Source: Octopus sinensis
Lineage: Eukaryota
NCBI RefSeq assembly: GCF_006345805.1
Contig: NW_021834873.1
Coordinates: 1 to 43,889 of the forward strand
Reading direction: 5' to 3'
Length of the DNA: 43,889 bases
Part shown: positions 1-13,710 of the stretch, piece by piece
Numbering within the stretch: position 1 is the stretch's first letter
Layout: every line of letters starts with the position of its first letter
Program-made: the position numbers and the translations under genes
The notes under the pieces: generated by a model
Seen by the model: the letters and a program-made list of their open reading frames with translations, nothing else
The model's database searches: none
Told to the model about the DNA's origin: nothing

Positions 1-394
1 TCTTCATATGTGCATTTATATATATATGGAGGTGTATGCGGTTTGCCTTGTGTCTCTTAATGAGGCACCGAAATTTTATGGAAAAGCAAAAAATTTCAGA
101 AAACAAATAGAGAACACTCTGTGTGTGTGTTTAGCAGAAAGATGTATATTCCACATAAGTAAGAAAATAAGAGAATTGTATTTGGAGTTGAACATGCACC
201 TAGATCTGAAAACGAATTTCAGATTTTTAAAACAAACCGGTTTCAATAATACTATAACTTTTTAAAGTTCAATTTTTAAAAAATGAAGAGAATACACGAT
301 AAAAGCTTGAGAAGAAATAAATGTACAAAAGTAATTTCCATACGCGTGTTAATTGCAAGAAACGAGTGATAAAATAATCAACTCTATACGCAGC

Positions 395-570
395 GTGTAA
401 TTGGCTGAATTTGATTGAGATAAACGTATGTTAGTTGAAACTTCAACGTAAGATACCACATTTATTTCGAATTACGGGAGAGTAACATCCCTCGTCTTAT
501 TTTAGCTTCACGTCAAATTGAGATTTTTGCTGACCAATCAAAATATAATATTCAGCCGCCATCTTGTTAT
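395..570. promoter_or_regulatory. Putative Pol II housekeeping-type core promoter (NF-Y CCAAT x2, CRE/E-box-like site, YY1)
   Basis: ATTGGCT (reverse CCAAT) at ~400, TCACGTCA at ~508, GACCAATCA at ~532 and a perfect YY1 motif GCCGCCATCTTG at 555-566, clustered in unique, CpG-retaining sequence. Direction of transcription is not resolved. Confidence 0.55.
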
Positions 571-689
571 ATTTTTAATTTTTGTATGTTTTCTCAGAAG
601 ATACAAGTATTGAAGCGTTCGCCGAAGCATTTAGATTCAGCTTGTTTGTTCTTCAGATAATCGAACTGAGCGAAAAAGCTACATACACG

Positions 690-859
690 TACATACGTAA
701 TGTATGTACACACATACGTGTATGTGTATGTCCATGCGTCTGTGCGCGTGCGTATTTATGTATATTCATATATACATACATACTACATATATATATATAT
801 ATACTATATATATTATATGTAAGTTTGTATACATATAATACATATATATATATATATAG

Positions 860-926
<67 letters not shown>

Positions 927-2036
927 ATATATATATACACACACAGGGAGAGGAAGTGGGAGAGAGACCGGAGGGACTTTGGGAAATCATGCTTGTATGC
1001 AAATGTGTGAGTAAAACAATAAAAAAACCGTAATGCTTAAACATTGATAATCTACAAAAAAGAAATAATGAAACAACTACCATTGGCGAAAAAATATATA
1101 AATATATTATAAACAGTAAGAATTTCTCTATATCCTCATAGAGAACGATGTACAGAATCAGCTTTCGATTATACATATATATATATATATATATATACAG
1201 TTATACAGTTATACACGTACAGCCAAATGCGGACGAAGACAATCCAACTTGGAGAGCCTCTTGGTGCTCGTTCCAACAGCAACACATTTGACGGAAGCAT
1301 TCCCCCATTTACTCCCTGTTTATTTAAACATGGATGATATGGTGCAACGTTCCCCGACGATAGGGGGGGGAAAAGAAAGGTTGATCACTGCATGAATGGC
1401 TTGAACAATAGGTCTGCTTAAATAACGAAACTAACCGATACACTACCATATGCACGCAAACATGGCGTCGCCCTTCCCGCCCCGTGTATAAGTACCCTGT
1501 TATCTACACAGTCAAACATACAACGCACATGTACAACATATATGTATATATATACATATATATATGTATTTATCCATATATATATGTATATATACATACA
1601 TATATATGTGTATATAAATATATATATGTATATATAAAAATATATATGTATATGTATATATATATAAATATATATATATATGTGTGTGTGTGGGTGTGTG
1701 TGCGTATAAATATATATACATGCTCACGCTCATATATATGTATGTATATATACATATATAAATACGTACACAAACACACACACACATACAATCACTCAGT
1801 CATGAATGTATGCATACAGCAAGACTCTAACACGTATAGAAACACCATCCACTAACCGCAGATACTCAGCCACATACAAAACCTCGTAGCCATTCAAGTA
1901 CACATACACTCACACGCAGGGCCGTACGCTTATAGCCACATTTATGCTCACATACAACGATACCCACAAAGAAAAGTGCAAAAAATATACACATACATAT
2001 ATATATATATATATAGTGCGTGTATATATATATGTG

Positions 2037-2071
<35 letters not shown>

Positions 2072-2128
2072 ATATACATATATATATATGATATATATAC
2101 ATATACACATCATATATATGTGTATATA

Positions 2129-2192
<64 letters not shown>

Positions 2193-3126
2193 GCTTTCAC
2201 ATGTACTCATACACACAAACAGACACACACGTGTACATGAAATCTTACACACGCACCATCTACTACACAAGCAAAGATACGCAGTCACACCAAAAATTAA
2301 ATGCAAACACGTACACTGATTCTCTCTTTCTCTCTCTCTTTCACACACATACACACACTAAAAAACTGATATACGAATATATGTATACAGAACATATATA
2401 ACACACATACATAACATACGCAACGTATTCAGACACCCGGGGAAGAAAAAACAAATCAAATCACAAACAATAACTCGAAAATACAAAATAAAATATTTTC
2501 AAAGGGAAATTATAAAACAAAGAAAAAGAAAAAAAAAACTAAGGATAAACAATATTTTCATATTTTCAAAGTGAAAGTGAAAGTATATAAACAAAATAAA
2601 TAAAACTAACAAAAATGATAAATATATAATTAATAAAAAAAAAACAGCGAGTCTAAGCAAAATCAGAGACAAGAAAAACACGATAACCTAACATGATAGA
2701 GAGTGTGCCAAGATATAGATATAAACTCTACATAAATATAATGGATGAAAGCAATAGATCAACTGTAAATAGTAAGTTTGTTATCTGAATTGAGATAGAT
2801 AGAAGAAAGGGGCCACACATGGCAGATGGAAAGGCCTTTGATCAATGGAGGAGATAGAGAGAGAGAGAGAGAAAGCGAGGGAGAGAGAGAGAAAGCGAGG
2901 GAGAGAGAGAGAGGTAGGGGGATGAGGAAGGGTGAGGGAGGTGGATGCATAGAGAGAGGGTGAGAGATTACGAGATATAGAGTGACGGGAAGAGAAAAAA
3001 ATCGTTGCATGCAACGGTGAAGCAAGAGTAACGTTAGATCGGCCATCTTACTATTGTACTTTTTCGATAATCGATGCATGTGTGCAGGCATATGTGAATG
3101 TGTGTATATATGTATATATGTATTAT

Positions 3127-3158
<32 letters not shown>

Positions 3159-3223
3159 ATATACATATTTATACTATATACATATATATACATATATATA
3201 CATATATACTATATATACATATA

Positions 3224-3259
<36 letters not shown>

Positions 3260-3450
3260 ATATATATATATATATATATTATGTATTATAATATATATAT
3301 TTTATATATATAATAATATATATATAATATATATATAATATATTTTGATATATATATATAATATATATATATATATACGTATGCATGTAATATGCTTTCA
3401 TGTATGAATGTGTATACGTATTATGTGTGTGTATGTATGTATGTATGTAT
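690..3450. repeat. Compound (TA)n/(TG)n/(CA)n/(GA)n microsatellite region interspersed with short unique stretches
   Basis: Long (TA)n runs at ~780-940, 1540-1790, 1990-2190 and 3100-3380, and (GA)n at ~2850-2915. Confidence 0.95.
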
Positions 3451-3818
3451 TGGTGTTGGTGTTGCCCCGAAGAGACTGGTAGAGAATTACTTGTATTTTT
3501 CATGTTTTCGCATAAATTCCTGAATCTAAGTTCTTATGTAACTACATGCGTCCGTGCATATCCGCTTCTGATACAAAGAGAAACAAGCACCAACACACAG
3601 ACACCCGCACAGACATACACACGCACACAAATACACACGAGTGCACTGCTACGAATATATATATCGATTTGCACTACTCGTTTTTGGCAAATTACTTGCT
3701 CTCAGCTGCTCTGTTACAATTAAAGTAGTTGCAACGTGATAGAGCCATTGGAAAGATTACAGGCACAGCTAAATCCTCGGTTCTATAACAGTTATTGTTA
3801 TTATTCAATATTCATGAA

Positions 3819-4700
3819 GAGGGTGAGATGGCAGAACCCTTAGCACGCCAGATTAAATGCTCGTCAGCATTTCGTCCGTCCTCACGATCTGAGTTCAAAT
3901 TCTGCCGAGGACGACTATGCCTTTCATCCTTTCAGAATTGATAAATTAAGTACCAGTTGAGTCTTGGAGTTGATCTAATCGAATGGCCCCCACCATAAAA
4001 CTTTCGGACCTTGTGCCTAGAGTAGACTAAACGCTTGGTAGCATTTTCCCCGTCTATAAGACCTTAGTTCAAATTCCGCCAAGGTCGACTTCGCCTTTCA
4101 TCTTGTCGGGGTTGATAAATTAAATAGCAGTTGCGCACTGGAGTCGATTTAATCGACTGGCCCTCTCCTCCAAAAATGTTAGTCATTGTGCGTATAGTAG
4201 AGACGATTAATCAATATTCATAAGGGTGCGAGATTGCAGAATCGTTTGCACGCCAGACTGAATTTCGCAGTTGTCATTTTTTTCCTTTCGTCCTCCCGGT
4301 GGTCATCAAATAAATGCTATTTAAAAACTGGAATTTATGTAATCGATTAGTCTAAACTTACCCAAAATATTTGGCCTTATAACTATAGCAGAAGGCTGTT
4401 TTCTTTTTGGTAATCAGAATGTGGCTAGCTGATAGAGTAGGTTGCAAACCGGACAAAATGCTTATTGACTTTTGGTCCGTCTTTACGTTCTGAGATCAAA
4501 TTCCACCCAGATCGACTTTGCCTTTCATCCTTTACGGGTCGATAAAATAAGTACTAGTCGAGAACTGGGGTTGATATGACCATCTTCACTCTCCCTTCAA
4601 AGACTACTGACTCCCTACCAACATTTGAAACTATTATTTAGCCATGTTATTATTATTCCGCCAAGGTCGACTTTGCCTTTCATCCTCTCGGGATCATTTG
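3819..4700 (+). mobile_element. Cluster of 4-5 tandem tRNA-derived SINEs (family A, Meta-domain-like core)
   Basis: Head GGTGAGATGGCAGAA, B-box GAGTTCAAATTC and core GTCGACTTTGCCTTTCATCCTTTCGGGGTCGATAAATTAAGTACCAG recur at ~3890, 4067, 4492 and 4660. TCAATATTCAT direct repeat at 3805-3815 and 4211-4221 flanks the first dimer. Confidence 0.9.
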
Positions 4701-5649
4701 CACATTGCAATCAATAAAGGCTACACAGTGATAATTACACAAATGAAACAACATAATATGTGGCCGAGTGGAGTTTAAATGGTTGTGCATTTACTGATTA
4801 TGAGATAGGTTTACAAAACTACAAAACTATTGCAGAGTTATATCCTAGTGGCCGACCAGAAAGCAATTAGATTACTGGCAAAAGGCAGGGGCACTGTTTA
4901 GTTTCTGTGCAGTACTGGTATAACAAATAAGAAAGAGAGAGAGAGAGAGAGAGCGTGAGAGGGAGATAAATAGAGAGCTAGAGAGTGAGTGTAGATAACA
5001 GCAGATGTTGGAAGAACAGAATTTTCGGAGCAACTCAGGCACAAGTTCCGAGGATAGTAAAAAATAAATCACCTCGCCTTCAAGATCTGTTAGTCGACTT
5101 CCGGGATGGTGAACGGTGCCACTCTGTTGTCCGCGTAAACAACATTCCTGCTTCTTATCAAAGTTGCCGATCTTTCTGCCAAAAGTAGCGAGTGGCATTA
5201 GACGAGTGATTAACGTTTTGGAATATTCTTTTGCCACGAAGAGTAGCATCAGAAAATAAGGCATACAAACAATAATCATAAACTCTCATCAAATATCTTG
5301 ATGCTTACATAAAATGATGAAATAAATACGGATTTTCAGAAGAAAAATATTTATTGCCTCAAAATAAAATGGAATAAAACAAATTTCTCATTTTTATATC
5401 TCCAATAAATATGTTATTATTTTCGAAATTTTATCAACATAATCGCCGTCTACTCCATCGGAAAACTAAAATTTCATTAAAAATGTGTATTTTTGAGAGA
5501 GTTTTATAAAGACACTCATACTGCAGCTCCTGTTTTAGCTCTTTCCTTCCTTCTCTCTTTTAATCTCCCTCCTCATTCCTTTATACGATGTAAGGTGGGA
5601 CCGGAGAAATCAACCCCTCCAGTCTGTATTTATATAGGAGATTACTATT

Positions 5650-5805
<156 letters not shown>

Positions 5806-5975
5806 AAGCGGCGAGCTGACAGAATCCTTAGCATGCCGGGTGAAATGATTAGCGGTATTTCGTCCGTCTTTACGTTCTGAGTTCAAATTCCACCGAGGTC
5901 GACTTTGCCTTTCATCTTTTTGGCGTCGATTAAATAAGTACCAGTTACGCACTGGAGTCGATATCACCAACTCAT
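5806..5975 (+). mobile_element. tRNA-derived SINE family A
   Basis: GCGGCGAGCTGACAGAATCCTTAGCATGCCGGG...GAGTTCAAATTCCACCGAGGTCGACTTTGCCTTTCATC, the same family as the other copies in the window. Confidence 0.92.
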
Positions 5976-6025
5976 CTTAACGTCTCCAGACTACCCTTCA
6001 GGCAAAAATTTTAAATAATGAAGAG

Positions 6026-6053
6026 AATAATAATAATAATAATAATAATGATG

Positions 6054-6102
<49 letters not shown>

Positions 6103-6121
6103 TAATTATTATTATTATTAC

Positions 6122-6179
<58 letters not shown>

Positions 6180-6180
6180 G
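6026..6180. repeat. Inverted microsatellite (AAT)n-(ATT)n
   Basis: (AAT)n at 6026-~6105 switches directly to (ATT)n, forming a ~150-bp quasi-palindrome. Confidence 0.95.
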
Positions 6181-6189
6181 TTGTCATGA

Positions 6190-6405
6190 TGAGAGTACTG
6201 GGCTTCGTACATTTTACACCAGTGTCACTTTGTTTCAAATCGCCAGTATTGTCACATTTTGTGTCTCGCTCAATTTCCCTGAGAACTACGTTAAGGGCAC
6301 GAGTGTCTGCAAAGTGCTCAGCCACTTGCACGCTTATTTCATGAACAGAGCGTTCCATTGAACGCAGCATCGAGAAACCTTGACGTCGTAACTAGCTGAG
6401 GGCCA
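6190..6405 (+). mobile_element. Probable 3' body of a further SINE/interspersed repeat family
   Basis: TCCCTGAGAACTACGTTAAGGG...GTGCTCAGCCACTTGCACG, recognised from memory as an octopus interspersed repeat. Single copy in this window. Confidence 0.5.
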
Positions 6406-6861
6406 GGATTTTATTTTCTTATATTTTCATATCTCTTCAGAAGTACTGGAAACCTAGCTGCTATAAATGTGGAAGTACGGGCCTATTGAGTGTTTTCTAC
6501 CACGGAAAGCTTGAGATACTGCCAAAAGGACTGAGAGACGAAGTAGTTTACAGTAATCGGACCAGCAACAACTGCAACAGCATCAACAACAACTGTGGCA
6601 ACATGTTTCAAAAGTTGTTTTTCCGATAGCATCACCTGTCGAAGTTCTAAAGATTGCAGAGATTATCTTATCAGCCTCGTTCACAGAAACTGGGAGTGCG
6701 TATATACCAACTCCCGCAGAACACCATTCCGCATGTAGAGATATGCAAAGGGACCATAGAAAGGGAGATAGATGGAGAGAGAGACACACACACACACATA
6801 GATAGACAGACAGATAGACAAGGCTACAGACAGACAAATAGACAAACAGATAGCTATATAC

Positions 6862-6892
<31 letters not shown>

Positions 6893-6935
6893 TGTATGTC
6901 GATAGGTAGGTAGGTAGGTAGGTAGGTAGGTAGGT

Positions 6936-7170
6936 GAACTGAAGGCAAGCATTCAGCAGCTTAAACAAGGAGACGGTCCAGGCGAGTTGCAGGAGATTCC
7001 GAAGACGTCTGGAGGCCGTGTTTGAAGCCAATGGCGATTTGATTGAATGCATTTACTCGTTAGTATTTCAAGATATTTTAATATTTTGGTAAATATATCT
7101 GTTAAAATGAGACGTCAATGTTATTTTCATTTTTGTGTAATTTAGACGAGTCTATTCACCATACTCTGTA
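6936..7170 (+). mobile_element. Tc1/mariner-superfamily transposon 3' relic (transposase C-terminus plus terminal repeat)
   Basis: Translation from 6949 gives AFSSLNKETVQASCRRFRRRLEAVFEANGDLIE, matching the Tc1/mariner C-terminal motif (C..F..RL.AV..A.G..IE). It ends in CTGTA (TIR end plus TA). The 5' part is replaced by (TAGG)n. Confidence 0.85.
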
Positions 7171-7203
7171 TGTGTGGGTGTGTATTTAGATAGATAGATA
7201 GAC

Positions 7204-7240
<37 letters not shown>

Positions 7241-7243
7241 TAG

Positions 7244-7295
<52 letters not shown>

Positions 7296-8009
7296 AGATG
7301 TGATTGTATTTGTGTTGCGTAATTCTTTCACATATACACGGTTATAATTGCACGTAAGTTAAGCAACAAAGTTAGTCGAAAATAACTGAAATTATACATA
7401 TATACTTTGATAAATATCTATGTGTGTGTATGTAAAAATATGTATATGTGTGTGTTTGCATATGTGCGCATATATAAATACAATTTGTGCGCGCAAACGT
7501 CCAAGCGATTAAGACATTTTGGTTCGAAGTAAACTAGAGACAAAGTCTACATAAGTGATCAGTTAATTATTTTATAACTTCAGAGCTGTGAAAATAATGA
7601 GACAGATGAGATGTGCTCCTTAATAATTCAATAACTACGTGTTGCTTCTACAAATACTTACTTTGTTTTATTAGCCGCACTAATACGGAAAGAATATATT
7701 CACAAGTCTATCTTATACCGTCCGGATTCGCCAGCTGTTCTCATGCAATCTTCCAAAAGAAAAAAAAAGAATTATATTAAAAAAGCATTAAAACTTCCAA
7801 AATTTACAGTTTCAGCAGATTGTTTGTTTGTCTCATCACCTGGATTACTAAATTTTCTAGCCTGCCGTATGTAGTGAGACCCTGCCCGTAGTCCGCGATC
7901 GAACAAGAAGACAAAGCGAAAATCCGTCAAGAGAACTGTGTATGAAAATATCATTACCCAACATTATTTTCTTTATTAAATTTATATACATGTAATTATA
8001 GGGGCGTAT

Positions 8010-8040
<31 letters not shown>

Positions 8041-8114
8041 CATAAGTCGACATACACATATATTGTCACTGACACATCTTGCATGCATATGTGCAAACCA
8101 GCGTACTTATGTGT

Positions 8115-8162
<48 letters not shown>

Positions 8163-8522
8163 GTGAGTGAAGCTCCGTGTGTGTGTGTGAGTGAGTGAAG
8201 CTCTCTGTGTGTATGTGTGTGCATATATTCCTTTACATTTACCTACATTTATACCTACAGACATATATACACGCATTCATATTGATGCGTACATTGCAAA
8301 TAGAGATAGATATACAAACAAATATGTCAGGTAAGATTGTCAGGTGTAGCCATCATAATCTCTCTCACACACGCACACACACACAGATACGTACGTATAT
8401 GTATCTATATATATATATATATACACGCATATTTGCACTCACCTCCACACAAATGCAGATACACACACGTAACTAATACATATATGCCTGTAGATATATG
8501 CACATAAACGCACAATAACACA

Positions 8523-8562
<40 letters not shown>

Positions 8563-8834
8563 TAAACACACATAAGCAAATAAACATGACACACGTAACA
8601 ATATAAAACATATTTCAAACAAAACATTTACTTTATGAATATATCCTTTATTTCATATACATTTCACTACTTAAAAACCAATCTATAGATTTCACTCTGA
8701 AAAGAAGAAAAAACACATCTCTAAATATTTATTATATTCTTGCAATTACGGATACATCTTTACAAAATAACATTAGAACGCGTTTTCTTTTTCTTTTTCT
8801 TTTTTTTTTCTTCTTCTTTTTTTCTCTTTCCATA

Positions 8835-10201
8835 GCTAAAAACACCCTTGTGCTTTTCAAATCCATTGTGCTTTTAAACAGTCTTCTGTTCATCTCAATC
8901 CGAATTTTATCCAATTTCTTCAACTGAAGTAGAAAATTATTCTCCTTTACCAAACCATTCACCAACCCGCCGCCGCCAAATTTATTCTCCTTTACCCGAC
9001 ATTATTTTCTTTCAATCAACCACCACGCGAAAATTATTCCAAACCACCCACCCACCTCTCAAACAACAATTTCATTTATAACTCTTTTATTCCAAATCTT
9101 TTAGTGTTTTTTTTTTCTTCTTTCCTTCAATTATATATAAATTTTTTATGCATTGCTATATTAATATATTTATTTTCTGCATTTCCCATTATTTGTTATA
9201 TTTCTTAGAATATTTACTAACATATGTTTCCTATGCACGTGTGTATATGTGTGTGTTTGTATGTGTGTGCGGTGCGTGTGATGGCATATAGCCTCTGGAA
9301 ATTATGTAACGTATATATATGTAAATGTATGTAAAAGTATATTTATTATATATATGTATGAATATACAATATATGCATACTTTACAAATTATAAAAACAT
9401 ATATATGCTTACATATATATTTCCATATATAATATATGTATGTATGTATATGATGTATGTGTGTGTAAATATAATATTTATAGATAATATAATTTATTCA
9501 TTCAAATGTATATATGCCTAAATACAAACATGTATTTATAAATATATATATATATATATATATATGAATATATATATGCATACATATATATATATATGTG
9601 TGTGTATATATATATATGTATATATATATATATTATATATATATTTATATATTCATGTATAAGAATTCACATACAACTATACATACATGTAAGTATATAT
9701 ATGTGTGTGTGTGTGTGTGTATACATTATGCTGCGATTTGCTAATAAATTATTCGTCTCGTGTATTCCTTATTTTTCTTAAAGTATACATTATATATATG
9801 TTTTCCAAATAAAATGTAACTTTGATTGTTTTCCATAACAATAATCATCCCAATAACAATAGCAATCATTATTATTGGGGTTTTGATTGTTATCGAAAAC
9901 AATCGAAGTTTCAGTTTTAGTTTGGGAAAAAAAAAACAAAATATTTCAAAAGACATCAGAAATACTCAAGTCGAATAAAATATTACGAAATATCCCTAAT
10001 ATATACATATATTTTTATGGGTGCTTATTCAAATACGCACGTGTGTGTGTGTGTATAAGCATCTATATAGACATATTGATAGATAGAAAAGTAGATATAC
10101 TTATATATATATATAATATATATATATTATATATATATATATATATATATGTGGATATCTATGTGTATGCGTGTATGTATGTGTATATATATATATATGT
10201 G

Positions 10202-10254
<53 letters not shown>

Positions 10255-10387
10255 TATGTATATGTATATGTATATATTGTAGTTTTAATAGATACGTATA
10301 CATACAACATAAGTACTTATATTTTATGCTGTTGTTTGTTGTTGTTGTTTGTTGTTGTTGTTTGTTGTTGTTGTTTGTTGTTGTTGT

Positions 10388-10433
<46 letters not shown>

Positions 10434-10585
10434 ACACATCTACTCACTGCTTTCAGCGAGTTGTTTACTCTTGTTGAGTAGGATGACTTTAGTGTTTTGT
10501 TGGTTTTCTGATGTTTTCTGTTGTTCGTGGGTTCTTTTCTTCTTTTAACTGTTGAAATAAATATATTTAAATATTTAAGGTATGT
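8835..10585 (+). other. Possible terminal exon/3' UTR of an unidentified plus-strand transcript
   Basis: A ~45-nt polypyrimidine tract ends in CCATAG at 8834. Largely T-rich, UTR-like sequence follows, with AATAAA at ~10557 and a GT-rich element downstream. There is no sizeable ORF. Confidence 0.3.
10328..10432. repeat. (TTG)n microsatellite
   Basis: Directly visible. Confidence 0.97.
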
Positions 10586-10609
10586 GTCCTTTCAAGTAGA
10601 TTTGTATAC

Positions 10610-10635
10610 ATAGATTAGATTAGATAGATAGGTGT

Positions 10636-10731
<96 letters not shown>

Positions 10732-10789
10732 ACAGGCAGACTAACAGACAGATAGATGGATAGATAGAAAGATGGGTAGATAGATAGAC

Positions 10790-10843
<54 letters not shown>

Positions 10844-10891
10844 ATAGATAGCTCGATAGACAGACAGATAGATACATAGATAGATAGATAC

Positions 10892-10947
<56 letters not shown>

Positions 10948-11025
10948 CAGACAAACTGACAGATATATGGATAGATAGATAGACAGGGATATATATATAT
11001 ATAGAGAGAGGGGGGATACAGAGAC

Positions 11026-11090
<65 letters not shown>

Positions 11091-11145
11091 TAGATAGATA
11101 GATAGATAGATGGATAGATAAATAGATAGATAGATAAATAGATAG
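10610..11145. repeat. (AGAT)n/(AGAC)n tetranucleotide array
   Basis: Directly visible. Similar arrays lie at 7190-7290, 26590-26925, 27965-28160, 38030-38195 and 40340-40465. Confidence 0.97.
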
Positions 11146-11984
11146 TTTCAGGATAATCTGAAGATTTACAAGCAGTAAATAATTTGTGTATACAAGAACC
11201 GGATTAAATAAACTTTGTTGTATAGATTGTCTAATATTTCACCAACAAACGTATAAACTAACACACACACACACATATACATATTTGCATACATTTATGT
11301 ATGTATGTATATATAGATATTGGGGGGGAGGTACTAATTCTATAGGACTCTTACCTGTAAACACCCACAGAATTCAAACCGCTTTTAGATTATAGGAGTT
11401 CATAGAGACGACGGTTTAGTCATTTCAAACATAAGCCTCCGTGAACCTTGGGTATATTCAAAAAATATTTTAGTAACATTCAGATATTTTGGTGTAAACG
11501 CCACTATTGGAACCAATGTAACCAAAACTATACTTTGAGACATTCACTAGATGTAACCGCTGGGAAAAAATACCATCTGAATGCAAAACCAAATACGAAA
11601 ACTATATTGGTAAAAAGAAATTCTAATCCTGCAGTCTCCACAGTAATTAAGATCTTTGTCACGGCATCTGTAAAAGAATCGCTTATCAATACACAGACAG
11701 GGACATTTTCAACAACATCTTGAATATGAGAGAAGAAACTATCTCCTATTGTTCTCATACAAATAAATTCAGACTTCATCATTTCAAGTATTTCTTTGTG
11801 TTGATCGTATTCGAATTACAAAATGGTTGATCGTTTAATCGATTTTCTGGATGGGATTCCGAAAATTGATAACTAAAATCTTTAAGCGTGTGTCACATGA
11901 AAATAGAAAAATCGAAAAACAAAACGATGAAGGGGGATATTTTTCTATTAAATAACGAAGTTGTTATATATGTGATATGATATC

Positions 11985-12345
11985 TCGCTTCAGTCATTAT
12001 ACTGCGGCCATGCTGGGGCACCGCCTTGATCGTTTGTCGAAAATATCGATCCACGCACTTAATATTTTACTGTTGGTCTCTTAAGAGAACCAGTAAATTA
12101 CTAGGACGTTAACACACCAATACCGGTCCTCAAGCGGTGATGGGACGACAAACAGAGAAAGAAAAACACGCACACACACATTCACGCACACGAATACACA
12201 CACACACACACACCACAAATATACGACAGGCTTTCTTCAATTTCTGTCTACCAAATCCACTCACAAGAATTTGGTCGGACCAGGGCAATAGAAGAAGATA
12301 CTTGCTGAAGGTGCTACACTGTGGGATTGAACCAGGAAACTTGAG
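11985..12345 (-). mobile_element. tRNA-derived SINE family B (CORE-like), degraded
   Basis: Reverse complement of the 20488-20890 copy (TTCAGTCATT..ACTGCGGCCATGCTGG..CACCGCC; TCTACCAAATCCACTCACAAG). Confidence 0.88.
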
Positions 12346-12559
12346 CTAAGAAAACAGAAAGGTCTAATCTAGTGATTGCTAAAGAATAATAGAGAGCTGT
12401 AGCTTGTAGCCACACCATTTGTAGCAGAGGTGTTTAGGGCGTTACCATTTTCTAAACATCGGTACATTTTGTCAAGTATGGTTCACCGTAGAACTTGTGG
12501 TGTTGTGAAATATATTTGGTTACTAGAATCATTCACGATAGTCCTACGCTTGAGGACTA

Positions 12560-12670
12560 CTACAGACGTTGTATGGAAGTGGCAATGGACAATAATGTAG
12601 CTAGGTTGCGAATACTTGGAAATGATGATCCGACGTGACCTGCGATTGAGTGAAAGGTCATAAATACTTT
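12560..12670 (+). mobile_element. Possible very old LINE (RTE-like) 3' relic
   Basis: Frameshifted KWQWT/NVARL...AIE* resembles the KWxWAGHVAR...EW motif of RTE-type ORF ends. Weak evidence. Confidence 0.25.
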
Positions 12671-12805
12671 TCCTCTCTTTCGAAGCTTAGAAATTGAGGT
12701 TTGGGGAACGTGGTGGGGGAGCCGGATGGCAGCAGATGCGTAGGATGGAGCGCTGAAGGAACCGCATGGCAGGATGAAAGGTAAAGGAGGAGTAATTCGG
12801 ATTAG

Positions 12806-12940
12806 GGCGCAGGCGTGGCTGTCTGGTAAGAAGATTGCTTACCAACTACATGGTTCCGGGTTCAGTCCTACTATTGTCTCAGACCGATCAAAGACTTGTG
12901 AGTGGATTTTGCTGACGGAAACTAAATGAAGACCGTCATA
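12806..12940 (+). mobile_element. SINE family B 5' part
   Basis: GGCGCAGGCGTGGCTGTCTGGTAAG...GGTTCAGTCC...GTGAGTGGATTT. Confidence 0.88.
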
Positions 12941-12994
12941 TGTATGTATGTATGTATGTATGTGTGTATGTATATATTTTGCTGTCACCTCAAG

Positions 12995-13159
12995 TACCAC
13001 TACTACTACAAAAACTACAACTACAATTACGACGACGACGACTACTACTCCTCCTCCTCCAACTACTACGACGACTACTACTCCTACAACAACTACAGCT
13101 ACTACTACTACTACTAAAACGACTACTACTACTACTACTATAACATTAATAATAAAATC

Positions 13160-13230
<71 letters not shown>

Positions 13231-13232
13231 TG

Positions 13233-13292
<60 letters not shown>

Positions 13293-13342
13293 GTAATAAT
13301 AATAATAATAATAATATAATAATAATAATAATAATAATAATA
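12995..13342. repeat. (CTA/CGA)n then (AAT)n microsatellite
   Basis: Directly visible. Confidence 0.97.
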
Positions 13343-13710
13343 CCACCGCTGCTTTTCTGCAGCTGCCGCTTCTGCAAGTGCACAGCAATGGCGCCATCAG
13401 CTACGACCAAATAAACATCGGATTCTAAGTCTTCGTGCATAATATATTAAACGCCATATTTTAAGGTTTATTCTGACTCGAAGCGAAATCGTAAATTTCT
13501 GTCATCTTCAAATGTGATTTTTCTTAATAGGTTTCCGACTCTTCGTTCAATTGTACGGTGGCACAGCTGTGCAATAAACATATTACAATGGGGAACTGGT
13601 TACTGATGACGTTTCCCTCGGGTCGTGCCAAAGACTTTGGTTTCATAAACTTCTTCCCCACGAAACAGTGAAGAGGAATGAACATTTCCAGACCACTGGC
13701 ACAAAAACAG

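Noticed and set aside
7830-7880. GTCTCA...TGAGAC hairpin with miR-71-like GTAGTGAGA
   Set aside because: Poor internal pairing and no miR-71 seed.
8732-8965. 77-aa minus-strand ORF (LVKENNFLLQLKK...)
   Set aside because: No ATG or splice support, it runs into a poly-purine tract, and it has no recognisable homology.
13589-13670. CTGATGA...CGAAAC hammerhead-like spacing
   Set aside because: No convincing stem II, stem III/NUH or stem I.
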